IMG/VR virus record: IMGVR_UViG_3300037963_003542
Direction: 5' to 3' (one strand)
From: a virus
DNA length: 64,000 nucleotides
The position numbers and the translations under genes are program-made. Position 1 is the stretch's first letter; each line of letters begins with the position of its first letter. This document shows, piece by piece, positions 37,921-47,820 of the stretch. The notes beneath the pieces are model-generated. The model worked only from the letters and a program-made list of their open reading frames with translations, was not told where the DNA came from and did no database searches.

Positions 37921-37977
37921 TAATTGAATATCGTCGCCGCAGAGGGTCCTGGTCACAGTCAGGTTACCCTCTTTTTT
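37921..37977 (+). ncRNA. Candidate small RNA (abiF-like) ending in terminator
   Basis: ATAAATA at 37914-37920, then TATCGTCGCCGCA, then GAGGGT-CCTG..CAGG-ACCCTC hairpin and T-tract, with no ORF. The abiF resemblance is from recall only. Confidence 0.4.
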
Positions 37978-37983
37978 CTTGCT

Positions 37984-37991
37984 TATAAATA
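37984..37991 (+). promoter_or_regulatory. T4-type late promoter TATAAATA
   Basis: Exact consensus upstream of the nucleotidyltransferase gene. Confidence 0.8.
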
Positions 37992-38009
37992 CAAATAAAC
38001 TCTGTCCTG

Positions 38010-38720
38010 ATGAAAACATATAGGGATTTAAAACTTACTCTTCGCTATAATACTCAGTTAAATTCTAAGTTCTGGGTTGGCGAATCAATGAAACCTGAGG
38101 TTCGTGAGGGTTTGATTCGTATTGCTGAAGAGTGGGCAGAGTTTGCTAACATCCCTTCTGCTGCTATTATTGATGTCGTTCTGGTAGGTGGAAATGCCAA
38201 TTACAATTATACTAAGTATTCTGACCTGGACCTTCATCTTATTGTCTCCAAAGAAGATATTGCCGATTGTCCTGATCTCATTGATGATTACTTACGAGAC
38301 AAAAAACAATTATGGGCTCTCACCCATGATATTCAGATCTATGGACACGATGTTGAACTCTATGCCCAAGATAGAAGAGATCCCGCCCCTTCGGGTCAGG
38401 GAGTTTTCTCCCTGGTAAATAGTCTGTGGTTGCGTCGTCCTACATATCAGGATGTAAATCTTGCAGATCCTAACATTGCTAAGAAGGTAATGCACTATAT
38501 GGAGAAGATTGATTTCCTGATTGATAATAAGGCAGATGACCGTGATGCATTTGAAAAACTCAAAGAGAAACTGCGTGACATGAGAGCGTCTGCTATTCAA
38601 CGTGGCGGAGAGTTTGCTGTAGAGAATCTTGTATTCAAAGAACTCCGTAATCGTGGATACCTAGATAAGATGTCTGAACATCTTAGAAACCTTAAGGACA
38701 CCAGCTTGTCAATCGACTGA
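38010..38720 (+). CDS. Pol-beta-superfamily nucleotidyltransferase
   Basis: GGNANYNYTKYSDLDLH (G-G/S-x9-DxD) and a third acidic strand DVELYAQD. Confidence 0.75.
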   Translation: MKTYRDLKLTLRYNTQLNSKFWVGESMKPEVREGLIRIAEEWAEFANIPSAAIIDVVLVGGNANYNYTKYSDLDLHLIVSKEDIADCPDLIDDYLRDKKQLWALTHDIQIYGHDVELYAQDRRDPAPSGQGVFSLVNSLWLRRPTYQDVNLADPNIAKKVMHYMEKIDFLIDNKADDRDAFEKLKEKLRDMRASAIQRGGEFAVENLVFKELRNRGYLDKMSEHLRNLKDTSLSID

Positions 38721-38734
38721 CCTCATGCTATAGT
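38706..38734 (+). promoter_or_regulatory. sigma70-type promoter for Sm-like/gp43 operon
   Basis: TTGTCA-17 bp-TATAGT with TG extension. Confidence 0.7.
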
Positions 38735-38756
38735 ATGGTCTGAGTTATAGGAGTTT

Positions 38757-39119
38757 ATGGCAATTCAGCTTGCCCTACTTAAGTCGGGCGAAGAAATCCT
38801 TGCTGATGTTCGAGAGATCATTGATAAGGAAACCCAAAAGCAAATTAGTTTGGTTTTTATTAAACCAGTTCGTGTGGTAGTAACTCAACCTGCTACACTA
38901 AACGAGGAGACTGGTCAACCAAATCAAGGTCTTCTAAGTTTTGCGCCATGGATCTCTACATCAAAAGATGAACAATTCTTTGTTCCTTATGACTGGTGTG
39001 TGACGGTCTGTGAACCAAATGATGATATTAAAAACAGTTACATTGAAAACGTAGGAGTTCGTAATGACAGTGAAGATCATTTCTTTGAAGACGGGGCAGT
39101 TTCTGATCTCGGAGATTGA
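38757..39119 (+). CDS. Sm-like domain protein
   Basis: MAIQLALLKSGEEILADVREI...KPVRV...FAPW...DWCVTVCEP. Confidence 0.65.
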   Translation: MAIQLALLKSGEEILADVREIIDKETQKQISLVFIKPVRVVVTQPATLNEETGQPNQGLLSFAPWISTSKDEQFFVPYDWCVTVCEPNDDIKNSYIENVGVRNDSEDHFFEDGAVSDLGD

Positions 39120-39315
39120 TGAGCGACCTGATGAGGATGCTGATTGCATTCTTATCAATCCCAAACGTATTCTTGGGTTTGCACCAGAGTGGAAACTTGA
39201 GAATTTTATTCCATTTACTTATCAGAAGCAAATCCCTATCAGGTCTTCTGATATTCTGACTATCGTAGATCCTATGGATAGTCTTCTTACTGTGTACCGT
39301 GTCGCTACTGCTTGA
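39064..39315 (+). CDS. Small Sm-like domain protein
   Basis: MTVKIISLKTGQFLISEI...INPKRI...FIP...SDILTIVDP. Confidence 0.55.
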   Translation: MTVKIISLKTGQFLISEIDERPDEDADCILINPKRILGFAPEWKLENFIPFTYQKQIPIRSSDILTIVDPMDSLLTVYRVATA

Positions 39316-41807
39316 TGGATTTCTATACTAATGTTGCCGTTATTAATGATACTATTTTGTATCGTGGATTTGATGGAGGTGAGCGGGTTGAGCGTCGTGA
39401 AGAGTTTTCACCAACTCTTTACGTCCCATCCAAAAAAGAAACCAAATACAAAACTCTTGAAGGCAACTATGTAGAACCAGTCAGGTTAGCTAACATCAAA
39501 GATGCGAAGGAGTTTGTCCAAACCTATGAGTCTGTGGACAACTTCACGATTTATGGTAATACGAAATATCTGTATCAATATATTCTGGATAAGTATCCAA
39601 AGGAAGTAGATTACGATTTCACTAAACTCAATATCATGTCACTTGATATTGAGACTACATCAGAGAATGGGTTTCCTAGTGTCGAAGAAGCACGGGAAGA
39701 AATTCTTTGTATTACAGTGAAAGATTTTACTAGCAAGAAGATCATCACTTGGGGATGTGGTGAGTTTGAGAACTCACGCGATGATGTTCATTACATCTAT
39801 TGTCAAAACGAACGTGAACTCCTGATGAAGTTTCAGGAGTATTGGGTTCAGAAGACTCCTGATATTGTGACTGGATGGAACGTCAAGTTCTTTGACATGC
39901 CATTCATCTGTCGTCGTATGGATCGTGTGCTTAGCATGAAGCACATGAGAGCACTGTCTCCATGGAACTCTGTGCGTGAGCGTGAACTCCATGTTCGTGG
40001 ACAGAAGAAGATCTACTATGACATCATCGGTGTATCAACACTAGACTATTATGATCTATATCAGAAATTTACTTATACCAACCAGGAATCATATCGCCTA
40101 GATCATATTGCTTTTGTTGAACTTGGTCAGCAGAAGTTGGATCATAGTGAGTTTGAGAACTTCCAGGACTTTTATCGCAACAACTGGCAGAAGTTTATTG
40201 AATACAACATCCATGACGTAGAACTTGTGGACATGTTGGAAGATAAGATGAAGTTGATTGAACTTGCTGTCACTATGGCATATGACGCAAAGGTAAACTT
40301 TGAGGATGTGTTCTTCCAGGTTCGTATGTGGGACAGCATCATCTATGATGCCCTGACACAGGAGAACATTGTCATTCCTCCTAAGACTGAGAGTACAAAA
40401 GATCAGCAGTATGCTGGTGCTTATGTTAAGGAACCTACGCCAGGTGTTTATGATTGGGTGGTCAACTTTGACCTTAACTCTCTGTACCCGCACCTTATCA
40501 TGCAGTACAATATCTCCCCTGAGACCCTCCTAGATGACCGTGTGAGCGGCATTAACGTGGATAAACTACTCAACCGCGAGATTGATACAAGCACCCTTGA
40601 GGGCGTTACTATCTGTCCTAATGGTACTTTGTTTACCACAGAGAAGCAGGGATTCCTTCCTAAGTTGATGGAGAAGATCTATACCGAGCGTACTATCTAC
40701 AAGAAGAAGATGCTCAAGGCGAAGCAAGAGTATGAGAATACTAAGGATCCTCAACTTATTAAAGATATCGCCAAGTTTAATAACATCCAGATGGCACGAA
40801 AGATTCAATTGAACTCTGCTTATGGTGCCATCGGTAATGAATACTTTAGGTACTTCCGATTGGAGAATGCTGAGGCAATTACTCTGTCGGGACAGTTGTC
40901 AATCCGTTGGATTGAGAATAAAATGAATGAGTACCTCAATAAAATTTTAAAATCTGGTGATAAAGATTATGTCATTGCTGTGGATACTGATTCCATCTAT
41001 CTTGATCTGGGTGATCTGGTCAAGAATGTATTCAAAGGAGGAACGCCGCCTGATGAGAAGGTTGTCAATTTCCTTGATAAGATCTGTAAGGTGGAACTTG
41101 AGACTTATATTGAAAGTTGCTACCAAGAACTGGCGGAGTATGTAAATGCTTATCAGCAGAAGATGGTCATGAAGCGAGAGAACATCGCCAATCGTGGTAT
41201 CTGGACTGCGAAGAAGCGATACATTCTCAATGTGTGGGACAGTGAAGGTGTCCGCTATAAGGAACCGAAGATGAAGATCATGGGACTTGAAACTCAGCGT
41301 TCTTCTACCCCCGCATACTTTAAGGACAAACTTCTTAAAGCATATAAGATCATGATTGAAGGAAACAATGACGACATGATTGATTTTATCTCTCGTATTA
41401 AATCAGATACTAAGAAGCAAAGTTACCTAGATATTTCTTTCCCGAGAGGATGTAATAATCTTGATACTTACCGAAGTTATTCAGAGATTTATAAGAAGGG
41501 TACACCTATTGCTGTCAGAGGTTCACTATTGTACAATCACTATCTCAAGCAGCATCGGATTACTAATAAGTTTCCTCTTATCCAAGAAGGGGAAAAAATC
41601 AAATTCATCTACTTGAAGACTCCTAATCCCATTGGAGAGAATATTATTTCATTCTTTAATACTATTCCGAAGGAGTTTGGTCTTGACAAGTATGTGGATT
41701 ACACCAAGCAGTTTGAGAAGTCTTTCTTAGAACCTCTCAAAAATGTGCTAGACTGTATTGGTTGGAAGCATGAGCGCACTGGTTCACTAAGTAGTTTCTT
41801 TTCTTAA
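39312..41807 (+). CDS. gp43: DNA polymerase gp43 (family B)
   Basis: Exo [23 protein letters not shown] and DTDS motifs. Uninterrupted. Confidence 0.98.
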   Translation: MMDFYTNVAVINDTILYRGFDGGERVERREEFSPTLYVPSKKETKYKTLEGNYVEPVRLANIKDAKEFVQTYESVDNFTIYGNTKYLYQYILDKYPKEVDYDFTKLNIMSLDIETTSENGFPSVEEAREEILCITVKDFTSKKIITWGCGEFENSRDDVHYIYCQNERELLMKFQEYWVQKTPDIVTGWNVKFFDMPFICRRMDRVLSMKHMRALSPWNSVRERELHVRGQKKIYYDIIGVSTLDYYDLYQKFTYTNQESYRLDHIAFVELGQQKLDHSEFENFQDFYRNNWQKFIEYNIHDVELVDMLEDKMKLIELAVTMAYDAKVNFEDVFFQVRMWDSIIYDALTQENIVIPPKTESTKDQQYAGAYVKEPTPGVYDWVVNFDLNSLYPHLIMQYNISPETLLDDRVSGINVDKLLNREIDTSTLEGVTICPNGTLFTTEKQGFLPKLMEKIYTERTIYKKKMLKAKQEYENTKDPQLIKDIAKFNNIQMARKIQLNSAYGAIGNEYFRYFRLENAEAITLSGQLSIRWIENKMNEYLNKILKSGDKDYVIAVDTDSIYLDLGDLVKNVFKGGTPPDEKVVNFLDKICKVELETYIESCYQELAEYVNAYQQKMVMKRENIANRGIWTAKKRYILNVWDSEGVRYKEPKMKIMGLETQRSSTPAYFKDKLLKAYKIMIEGNNDDMIDFISRIKSDTKKQSYLDISFPRGCNNLDTYRSYSEIYKKGTPIAVRGSLLYNHYLKQHRITNKFPLIQEGEKIKFIYLKTPNPIGENIISFFNTIPKEFGLDKYVDYTKQFEKSFLEPLKNVLDCIGWKHERTGSLSSFFS

Positions 41808-41809
41808 TT

Positions 41810-42823
41810 ATGAGTTTTCTTAACAACGTTATCAAGGAGTTAGACAATGAATTTGCGTCAATCGTTGATGAAGGCATCGCCGCAGGGGATTGTAGTTCGT
41901 TTGTGGACACTGGCTCTTATATCCTCAACGCTTTATGTAGTGGCAGTATTTTCGGCGGTCTCCCACAAAATAAAGTCACTGCCCTCGCAGGAGAGTCCAG
42001 TACAGGTAAAACCTTCTTCGCCCTCTCAATTGTAAAGAATTTTCTTGAGCAAAATCCTGAAGGTCAGGTAATCTACTTTGAGTCTGAGTCTGCTATCTCT
42101 AAGGACATGATGGCAACCCGCGACATTGATGTGAAGCGTGTTGGTCTTGTTCCTGTGACTACGGTTCAGGAGTTCCGTACACAATCTATTAAGGTTGTTG
42201 ATGAGTTTATGAAACTCAAGAAAGAAGATCGCCCACCGCTCCTCTTTGTGCTAGACTCTTTAGGTATGCTGTCCACCTCTAAGGAGGTGCAGGACGCTAC
42301 TGATGGCAAGGAGACTCGCGACATGACCCGTGCTCAGGTGATCAAGTCTATCTTTAGAATCTTGTCACTGAAACTGGGTCAGGCAGGTATCCCTCTGATC
42401 GTTACTAACCATACTTACGAAGTTGTCGGTGCCTATGTTCCTACTAAGGAGATGGGTGGTGGCACTGGTCTGAAGTATGCTGCTTCTAGTATCTTGTTCC
42501 TCTCTAAAAAGAAGGAGAAGGATGGTACTGAGCAGGTTGGTAACATCATCAAAGTGAAGGCGCATAAGTCTCGCTTTACTAAAGAAAACTCTGATGTAGA
42601 AACGAGGTTGTATTTTGACGAACGAGGTCTTGACAAGTATTACGGACTACTGGAGCTGGGTCAACAGTACGGAGTCTTTGAGCGTGTGGGTAACCGTGTT
42701 AAGACTGAGCATGGTAATGTATATCCTTCTGCTATCTACAAGGACCCTGAGAAGTATTTCACACCAGAAGTCCTCCAAGCACTTGACGAGTGTGCCCGAA
42801 AAGAATTCTGCTACGGATCTTAA
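41810..42823 (+). CDS. uvsX: RecA-like recombinase UvsX
   Basis: [31 protein letters not shown]. Confidence 0.96.
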   Translation: MSFLNNVIKELDNEFASIVDEGIAAGDCSSFVDTGSYILNALCSGSIFGGLPQNKVTALAGESSTGKTFFALSIVKNFLEQNPEGQVIYFESESAISKDMMATRDIDVKRVGLVPVTTVQEFRTQSIKVVDEFMKLKKEDRPPLLFVLDSLGMLSTSKEVQDATDGKETRDMTRAQVIKSIFRILSLKLGQAGIPLIVTNHTYEVVGAYVPTKEMGGGTGLKYAASSILFLSKKKEKDGTEQVGNIIKVKAHKSRFTKENSDVETRLYFDERGLDKYYGLLELGQQYGVFERVGNRVKTEHGNVYPSAIYKDPEKYFTPEVLQALDECARKEFCYGS

Positions 42824-44208
42824 TGGAAGCAATTGAAAGCACTATCATCAAGAACTTAGTTAGTGATGATACTTATGTTCGTAAGGTAATTCCTTACATC
42901 AAACCAGAATACTTTAATGAATACTCGGATAAGATTCTGTTTGACATCATCAACAACTTTGTTGTGACCTATGGTCAAACTCCTACTAAAGAAGTTCTTA
43001 GTATTGAGGTTGATAATCGTAAGGATCTGAATGAAGATTCTTATAAACAGTTGCAGGTCAAGATTGATGACATTGATAACACTGAAGTAGACTCTCAGTG
43101 GTTGTTGGATGCTACCGAGAAGTGGTGTAAACAACGCGCAGTTTACTTGGCACTACTGGATAGTGTGAAGATTGCTGATGGTCAGGATGATAAGAGAACT
43201 GAAGATGCGATCCCATCAATTCTTCAGGAAGCTCTTGCTGTCTCATTTGATGACCATATTGGTCACGACTATATAGAAGATTACGAAGATCGCTTCGCCT
43301 TCTATCACAGAAATGAAAGCAAAATCCCGTTTGACCTTTCTCTCTTCAATAAGATTACGAAGGGTGGTATTCCTAACAAAACTCTCAATGTCGCACTTGC
43401 TGGCACTGGGGTGGGCAAATCACTGTTTATGTGTCACATGGCCGCTGCGTCATTACTTCAGGGTAAAAATGTCCTCTACATCACACTGGAGATGGCAGAA
43501 GAGAAGATCGCTGAACGCATTGACGCGAATCTTCTTAACGTAAATATCAAGGACATTGAGGATCTGCCTGAGCAACTGTTTGAATCTAAAGTCACTCGTC
43601 TCGCACAGAAGACTAATGGCAAACTTATCATCAAAGAATATCCAACAGCATCTGCACACTCTGGACACTTTAAAGCACTTCTCAATGATCTATCGCTTAA
43701 GAAGAGTTTTAAACCAGACATCATCTTTATTGATTACCTCAACATCTGTGCATCATCTCGCTACAAAGGAGCACTAGTTAACTCGTATACCTATGTCAAA
43801 GCAATTGCGGAAGAACTTCGGGGTCTTGCTGTTGAGTTTGATCTCCCTATTGTTAGCGCCACTCAGACTACTCGCTCTGGTTATGGCTCTAGCGATGTTG
43901 ATCTTACTGATACCTCTGAATCTTTTGGACTTCCTGCTACTGCGGACCTCATGTTTGCTCTTATCTCTACAGAGGAGCTTGAAAATATCAACCAGATCAT
44001 GGTCAAGCAACTCAAGAACCGCTATAACGACCTCAACCTCTTCAAGAGATTCGTAGTGGGTATTGACAGAGCGAAGATGAGGTTGTATGATGTAGAGGAC
44101 TCTGCTCAAGTTGACATTGTTGACTCAGGGCAAGAGCAATATGACTTTGAAGAAATAGCAAAGTCTCAACAACCCACAGCAAAATTTACTGATTTTAAAT
44201 TTAATTGA
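42823..44208 (+). CDS. gp41: Replicative helicase gp41
   Basis: LAGTGVGKS, TLEMAEEKI, IDYLNI, SATQTTR, SESFGLPATAD. Start MEAIE overlaps the uvsX stop. Confidence 0.96.
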   Translation: MEAIESTIIKNLVSDDTYVRKVIPYIKPEYFNEYSDKILFDIINNFVVTYGQTPTKEVLSIEVDNRKDLNEDSYKQLQVKIDDIDNTEVDSQWLLDATEKWCKQRAVYLALLDSVKIADGQDDKRTEDAIPSILQEALAVSFDDHIGHDYIEDYEDRFAFYHRNESKIPFDLSLFNKITKGGIPNKTLNVALAGTGVGKSLFMCHMAAASLLQGKNVLYITLEMAEEKIAERIDANLLNVNIKDIEDLPEQLFESKVTRLAQKTNGKLIIKEYPTASAHSGHFKALLNDLSLKKSFKPDIIFIDYLNICASSRYKGALVNSYTYVKAIAEELRGLAVEFDLPIVSATQTTRSGYGSSDVDLTDTSESFGLPATADLMFALISTEELENINQIMVKQLKNRYNDLNLFKRFVVGIDRAKMRLYDVEDSAQVDIVDSGQEQYDFEEIAKSQQPTAKFTDFKFN

Positions 44209-44209
44209 T

Positions 44210-44614
44210 ATGACTATTGATCTTGAAAAATATGTTGAGTTCGTTGACGGAACCACCTCAGAACCTAGTAAAGAGTTTACTGAATTCATTGATCGTCTGA
44301 TCAAACTGAACCAGGAAGACTTTGCTACTGAGCGTCTACTGACTGCTGCTGTAGGTATGTCTGCTGAAGCAGGCGAGTTTACTGAGATTGTGAAGAAGAT
44401 TGTTTTTCAGGGAAAACCTGTAAACAATGAAAACCTGTTTCATCTGAAACGTGAGCTTGGAGACATCATGTGGTATGTTGCACAAGCTTGCATGGGTCTC
44501 GACATTTCGCTTGAGGAAATCGTTCAGATGAATTTTGAGAAACTGAGTGCCCGTTACCCCGAAGGCTCGTTTAGCATTGATCGCTCGGAAAACCGAGTGG
44601 CAGGCGATCTCTAA
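44210..44614 (+). CDS. mazG: MazG nucleotide pyrophosphohydrolase
   Basis: GMSAEAGEFTEIVKK...RELGDIMWYVAQAC...N.EKLSARYP. Confidence 0.93.
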   Translation: MTIDLEKYVEFVDGTTSEPSKEFTEFIDRLIKLNQEDFATERLLTAAVGMSAEAGEFTEIVKKIVFQGKPVNNENLFHLKRELGDIMWYVAQACMGLDISLEEIVQMNFEKLSARYPEGSFSIDRSENRVAGDL

Positions 44615-44640
44615 TAAATACCCCCGTAAGGGGGTTTTTT
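44614..44640 (+). promoter_or_regulatory. Late promoter ATAAATA overlapping terminator hairpin
   Basis: ATAAATA then ACCCCC-GTAA-GGGGGT-T-tract immediately before the ATG at 44642. Confidence 0.75.
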
Positions 44641-44641
44641 A

Positions 44642-46039
44642 ATGGGTATTGCCGAATTCAAAAAAGCAAGCAATGGTACTCACTATTGGAAAACTTTTGC
44701 TGAGAAAGTTCAGAACGGTGTTGCTCTTCTCACTAAAGATGGACATGTTACCATAGACAAGAGTGATAAGCGTTGGGGATTTTTAAAGACTACTAGTAGG
44801 TTTGATGCCAATGCTGAAGTTGGCATGGAACAATTTAAGAAAGGCAGAAGTTATTCTTTCCCTAAACTTGGTGGTGGTGAGGTTTCACTGGGTGCAATCC
44901 TCAAAGCAAATGTAAGCGTAGGAAGTCCTAGAAAGAAGTATAATCTCGGCAATGTAGCAGAGGGTGTTCTTGCATTTGCTATCACTGCAAGATTTTTAAA
45001 TAAGAATAAGAGAATTACAGAGCAAGATCTTGTTAAGGTTTTGAATGCAGTTAAACCTACAAGATCTGGAACTTCGTCAGGTAAGATATTTCAGTCACCT
45101 AATGCTCCTCATCCTAAGATGAGGAAACTTTTGTTTGATGATGTGAAGGTAGTTGTAAACCTCACGACAGCAAACATGGACATGCTATTCACTAGTGATC
45201 CTGATGAGTATGAGGTGCTGAGACAACTGATGCCATCGTGCATCTCTTATGCAAACTCACAGGAGATCAATACTGCGGCACTGATGATGTATCGCAATGG
45301 CAAGAAAGATTATATTGATGTGATCGCTGATGGAATTGGTGATGAGACAGGAACAAAGGTTGATGTAAACCTTGTCATTAACAACTCCAAGAACATTTCT
45401 ATTCCTGGTAATACTAATGGTACGCAACTAAGACTGACACAGATCTCATTGAAGAGAGATGTAGATCAGTTTGCTCAGGTTGGTGGATGGACTATGGATA
45501 AGACTGATGATTTGTGGGGCAGGATTCTTGGTAGTAGACCATCCACTTCTAGTGTAGTTCAACAGATCTATGCCGACTCTGCTGAGATGAGAGGAACCAC
45601 AGAGGAGGTTGCTGCTGATACTATGAGGAGAGTTTATACCTGGGCTAATCAGCAACTGGAGCAAAAATTTAGTAATAAAGTATGGTTAGAGGAGTTTGTT
45701 GAAGTATTAGATAATTTTGCAACGTACAAAGAAGAGAACGTAGCACTGGTTGAGATCAAAGGTGACACGTTCCATAGATATGATTTCAAAAAGTTAAAGG
45801 TTGCTCTTGTCGGATTCCCTGAGGCAGACGTTCCTGCTAACCTTAGACTAAGTTCTGAATACATTGTCGGTGCTAGTGGTCTGCCTACAGTCAGAATCTC
45901 TGGAACTAACCAAAATGATAATAAGAAGTATGAGTTAGTGCAGTTCCGATTCAAGATGGAGAAAGGAACTGGTGGTGTTCCTAAAGCAATCCGTAATTAT
46001 GTTGAGAAACGCTCTGGTCTGGAGGACTACATCGGATGA
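44642..46039 (+). CDS. Hypothetical protein, possible PD-(D/E)xK nuclease fold
   Basis: NVAEG helix, TKVDV and ISLK motifs in 465 aa. Confidence 0.5.
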   Translation: MGIAEFKKASNGTHYWKTFAEKVQNGVALLTKDGHVTIDKSDKRWGFLKTTSRFDANAEVGMEQFKKGRSYSFPKLGGGEVSLGAILKANVSVGSPRKKYNLGNVAEGVLAFAITARFLNKNKRITEQDLVKVLNAVKPTRSGTSSGKIFQSPNAPHPKMRKLLFDDVKVVVNLTTANMDMLFTSDPDEYEVLRQLMPSCISYANSQEINTAALMMYRNGKKDYIDVIADGIGDETGTKVDVNLVINNSKNISIPGNTNGTQLRLTQISLKRDVDQFAQVGGWTMDKTDDLWGRILGSRPSTSSVVQQIYADSAEMRGTTEEVAADTMRRVYTWANQQLEQKFSNKVWLEEFVEVLDNFATYKEENVALVEIKGDTFHRYDFKKLKVALVGFPEADVPANLRLSSEYIVGASGLPTVRISGTNQNDNKKYELVQFRFKMEKGTGGVPKAIRNYVEKRSGLEDYIG

Positions 46040-47250
46040 GCAAGAACACTCACTTAGAACACCTAGAGGATAGTATCTTACTTGATGGAGCGCAAGGTGC
46101 TACCGACGCATTTAAATTTTTAGATCTGCTGGCAAAAACATTCACCACTGGTGGATCTAATGCATTTAAGATTACCACAAAGTGGGACGGAGCACCTGCT
46201 ATATTTTGTGGTATCTATCCTGGTACGAGTAACTTCTTTGTTGGAACTAAATCAGTATTCAATAAGGATGCGAAGATTAATTATGCAGACTCTGATATTG
46301 ATAGGAATCATGGTCATGCTGCAGGACTGGTGGAGAAACTAAAAGCATCACTCAAGTATCTTCCAGCACTCGGTATCAAAGGAGTTGCACAGGGTGATCT
46401 TCTATTCACCACAGATAAAAAGCAACAGGTTATTGACGGCAAGAACTGCATTACGTTCCAACCTAATACTATTACATATGCTATCCCAGAAGATAGTGAT
46501 CTCTATGAGAAAGCAAAGAAGGCAAAACTTGGTGTAGTATTTCACACCACATATACTGGCAGTGATGTCAGTACGATGAATGCTTCTTTTGGTTTTGATG
46601 TCAGTCAACTTAAATCTTCTGATGATGTTCTAGTTCTCAGTGCAGAGATAGGAACATTAGGCAGCGATACACTTCTCACAGCTGGGGAGAAAACTAAACT
46701 AGGACAACTGAGAACTCAGGCACCAGCGATAGTGCGTCGTGCTGGTTCATTCTTGGATGAGGTTGCTGAGCAGATTGTTGCTAAAGATCAGTTGACTATC
46801 GGACCACGACTGAAGATTTTCTTTAATGCTTACGTTCGTCAGGGCAGGACTGTTCCCTCACCTGATGCTTTCTATAAAGAGTTTACGAAGTATTTTGAGA
46901 CAGAGTGTCAGAAGGCAGTAGATAAAGTCAAGACTCCTAAAGCAAAGGCAACCAAACTCAAGAAGATGTTTGATGGTCTTGAGTTTATTGAAAATAATAA
47001 AAGTGCTCTAAACAGCACTGTTCAACTATATAAGTTATTACAAGAAGCGAAGTTAGTATTCATTCGCAAACTTGAGAAGGGTGAGAAGATTGGTACTTAT
47101 CTCAAGACTGAAGGTGGATATGAAGTCACAGCACCTGAGGGTTATGTTGCTATCAGTGGTGGCACCAATGCTGTGAAGTTAGTGGATCGTTTGTCATTTA
47201 GCGTAGCAAACTTTAACGTATCCAAAGACTGGGTATCAGGAGATAAATGA
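46036..47250 (+). CDS. DUF6267-like protein with ligase-superfamily motifs
   Basis: KNTHLEHLED N-terminus; TKWDG, QGDLLF, PEGYV and AVKLVDR motifs. Confidence 0.6.
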   Translation: MSKNTHLEHLEDSILLDGAQGATDAFKFLDLLAKTFTTGGSNAFKITTKWDGAPAIFCGIYPGTSNFFVGTKSVFNKDAKINYADSDIDRNHGHAAGLVEKLKASLKYLPALGIKGVAQGDLLFTTDKKQQVIDGKNCITFQPNTITYAIPEDSDLYEKAKKAKLGVVFHTTYTGSDVSTMNASFGFDVSQLKSSDDVLVLSAEIGTLGSDTLLTAGEKTKLGQLRTQAPAIVRRAGSFLDEVAEQIVAKDQLTIGPRLKIFFNAYVRQGRTVPSPDAFYKEFTKYFETECQKAVDKVKTPKAKATKLKKMFDGLEFIENNKSALNSTVQLYKLLQEAKLVFIRKLEKGEKIGTYLKTEGGYEVTAPEGYVAISGGTNAVKLVDRLSFSVANFNVSKDWVSGDK

Positions 47251-47795
47251 AAAGAGTAGTATTTGCTTGGGGTAGATTCAACCCACCAACAATCGGGCAT
47301 GAGAAACTTCTGCTAGCAGTTAAGAACATTGCTGGTCAGGATGATTTCTTTATCTACCCTACACATACACAGGACAAGAAGAAGAATCCTTTAGATTCTA
47401 AAACTAAGTCAGATGTGATGAAGAAAATGTTTCCTACAATGAATACGAATATCATTTACGATCCTCACATTAAAACTATCATTCATGCATTGCAGCAGTT
47501 ACAGGGAACATATCATGACTGCGTGCTTGTTTGTGGATCTGATCGCGTGCAATCATATGATAAGATGATTAGTAAGTATAATGGTATTGAATATACATTC
47601 AGAAAATTAGAGGTTGTATCTGCTGGCGAGAGAGATCCTGATGCTGATGGTGCTGAAGGTATGTCTGCCAGTAAGATGAGAGCAGCAGCAGTTCAATCTG
47701 ACTTCAATTCATTTAGAGCAGGTATGCCTAGAACTATCTCTGATAGAGATTGCAGAGAACTCATGGACAAGATCAGAGATATTATGCTCAACTAA
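47247..47795 (+). CDS. Cytidylyltransferase-like (HIGH-family) nucleotidyltransferase
   Basis: GRFNPPTIGH, GSDRV and GMSASKMR motifs. Confidence 0.85.
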   Translation: MKRVVFAWGRFNPPTIGHEKLLLAVKNIAGQDDFFIYPTHTQDKKKNPLDSKTKSDVMKKMFPTMNTNIIYDPHIKTIIHALQQLQGTYHDCVLVCGSDRVQSYDKMISKYNGIEYTFRKLEVVSAGERDPDADGAEGMSASKMRAAAVQSDFNSFRAGMPRTISDRDCRELMDKIRDIMLN

Positions 47796-47820
47796 ATAGT
47801 TTGATAGAATCTAAGTATTA

